8,720 bases of DNA from an uncultured Oscillospiraceae bacterium (GTDB taxonomy: Bacteria; Bacillota; Clostridia; Oscillospirales; Oscillospiraceae), in assembly GCA_910577525.1 (NCBI GenBank), contig CAJTLI010000006.1, forward strand, positions 52,805 through 61,524, in the 5' to 3' direction. Position 1 is the stretch's first letter, and every line of letters starts with the position of its first letter. The position numbers and the translations under genes are program-made. This document shows positions 6,561-8,720 of this stretch, one piece after another. Under the pieces are notes generated by a model. That model was not told where the DNA came from and did no database searches. It worked only from the letters and a program-made list of their open reading frames with translations.

Positions 6561-7484
6561 TTAGTGGATGAGGACGGCGGCCAGAATGCTGTTGACGATG
6601 GTCAGCAGGAAGATGGTGAAGGCCGGGGGATCGATGTGGCTGTCGTTGTAGCTGTTGAAGGTGTTGCCGAAGAAGTTGCCCAGGATGGAGCCGGCCACGC
6701 CGAACACGATGCCCAGCAGGCAGCCGTACAGGCCGAAGGCCTTGTAGCCGGTGACAGCGCCCAGAGCGGCGGGCAGGAAGATGTGGTGGGTGCCGGGAAC
6801 GCCGGTGCCGGCCACGGTGAAGACCAGGGTCATGGCGGCAAAGCCGAAGCACACCACGGGGAAAGCGCCCAGAGCGGCGTCCAGATTGATCACGGAGTTC
6901 TCCGCGCTGGCGGCCTCCACGATCATAGCAGCGGTGCCGCTGACCACGATGCCGATGCCCAGGCCCATCATGGCCTCCTGCGGCACGTTAGTCAGGTACT
7001 TGCGCGGGCCGGAGCCGGTGTACTTGCCGGTGAGGCCGGTCTCGCCGAAGATCAGGCGGGCCGCGATGCCCAGGATAACCACGGTGATTCCGGGCAAGTC
7101 GGTGCCGAACATGCCGCCGCCCAGCGGGGTCATGCCGATGAGCTGGGAGATGACGTAGCCGATGGCGCCGAACACGCCGCCCACCACCAGCACGTCGGGA
7201 GCGCTCAGGCTGTACAGCGGAGTGACCAGGTCGGCGCCGTCCTTCAGCTTGCCCACCTTACGGGCGTAGGCCGCAGCGGCCACGCCGCCGGCAAAGGCCA
7301 CCTGGGGACCCACGAAGGAACTGAAGGCCATGACGCCCACGGCGATGTCGCCGGAGACGCCCGCGGCGGTGATCAGGTTGCCCACCAGAGCCAGAACGCC
7401 AGTCATAATGAACGCGGGGACCGCGCCCACATACGCGCCCAAAACGCCGCCGCCAAACGCGGCAATGATAGCGAGAATACTCAT
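6561..7484 (-). CDS. Polytopic integral membrane protein (307 aa, about 10 hydrophobic segments), family not recognised; candidate glycerol-related transporter by context
   Basis: The RBS GAGGAGGG (7492-7499) lies 7 nt before the ATG (7482-7484). G/C third-position bias matches neighbouring genes. The protein is Gly/Ala-rich with hydrophobic helices throughout. There is no NPA box, so it is not a MIP/GlpF aquaglyceroporin. Confidence 0.85.
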   Translation of the reverse strand: MSILAIIAAFGGGVLGAYVGAVPAFIMTGVLALVGNLITAAGVSGDIAVGVMAFSSFVGPQVAFAGGVAAAAYARKVGKLKDGADLVTPLYSLSAPDVLVVGGVFGAIGYVISQLIGMTPLGGGMFGTDLPGITVVILGIAARLIFGETGLTGKYTGSGPRKYLTNVPQEAMMGLGIGIVVSGTAAMIVEAASAENSVINLDAALGAFPVVCFGFAAMTLVFTVAGTGVPGTHHIFLPAALGAVTGYKAFGLYGCLLGIVFGVAGSILGNFFGNTFNSYNDSHIDPPAFTIFLLTIVNSILAAVLIH

Positions 7485-7555
7485 GAAAAAACCCTCCTCT
7501 TTTATTCTCTATCCCGGAGCGGGCCGCGGGGGCCCGCCCCAGGGGACAGATGCGG

Positions 7556-7591
7556 AAAACAAACCGGACTGACGGCGGCTGCGCCGCCCAG
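7556..7591 (-). terminator. Candidate weak terminator or attenuator just downstream of glpK
   Basis: The minus-strand RNA reads CUG-GGCGGC-gca-GCCGCC-gu-CAG (7569-7591), followed after 5 nt by UUUGUUUU (7556-7563). The stem has a 2-nt bulge and the U-tract is displaced. No promoter is visible between it and the next gene, so read-through is expected. Confidence 0.35.
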
Positions 7592-7600
7592 GGCTAAGAA

Positions 7601-8720
<1,120 letters not shown>

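Overview
GC-rich window with strong G/C bias at third codon positions and Firmicutes-style AGGAGG ribosome-binding sites, so probably a high-GC Clostridia-type genome; that taxonomic guess is inference only. There are eight well-supported protein genes and four unusually long noncoding spacers. Plus strand: a 60-aa PspC-domain membrane protein and oligoendopeptidase F (M3B, HELGH zinc motif). Minus strand: a HIT-family hydrolase, then a glycerol catabolic operon transcribed right to left. The operon order is glpK (runs off the right edge), a 307-aa polytopic membrane protein of no family I recognise, a GlpA/GlpD-like FAD dehydrogenase with a C-terminal BFD-type [2Fe-2S] domain, a two-Rossmann pyridine-nucleotide-disulfide-type oxidoreductase, and a DUF1667 protein. 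The last three are translationally coupled, with gaps of 14 and 4 nt. I see no CRISPR array, tRNA, rRNA, transposase or integrase. Four things merit a second look. (1) The non-aquaporin membrane protein sits where GlpF normally sits and shows an internal duplication. (2) A roughly 230-bp gene-free stretch (2983-3217) is packed with perfect inverted repeats, including a three-way-junction arrangement, and is bracketed by a consensus TTGACA box and a terminator. (3) Structured spacers lie inside the glp operon, one with a strand-specific G-U pair. (4) GlpK homology breaks abruptly about 25 nt before the window edge. The many long ORFs antisense to these genes are GC-driven shadow ORFs.
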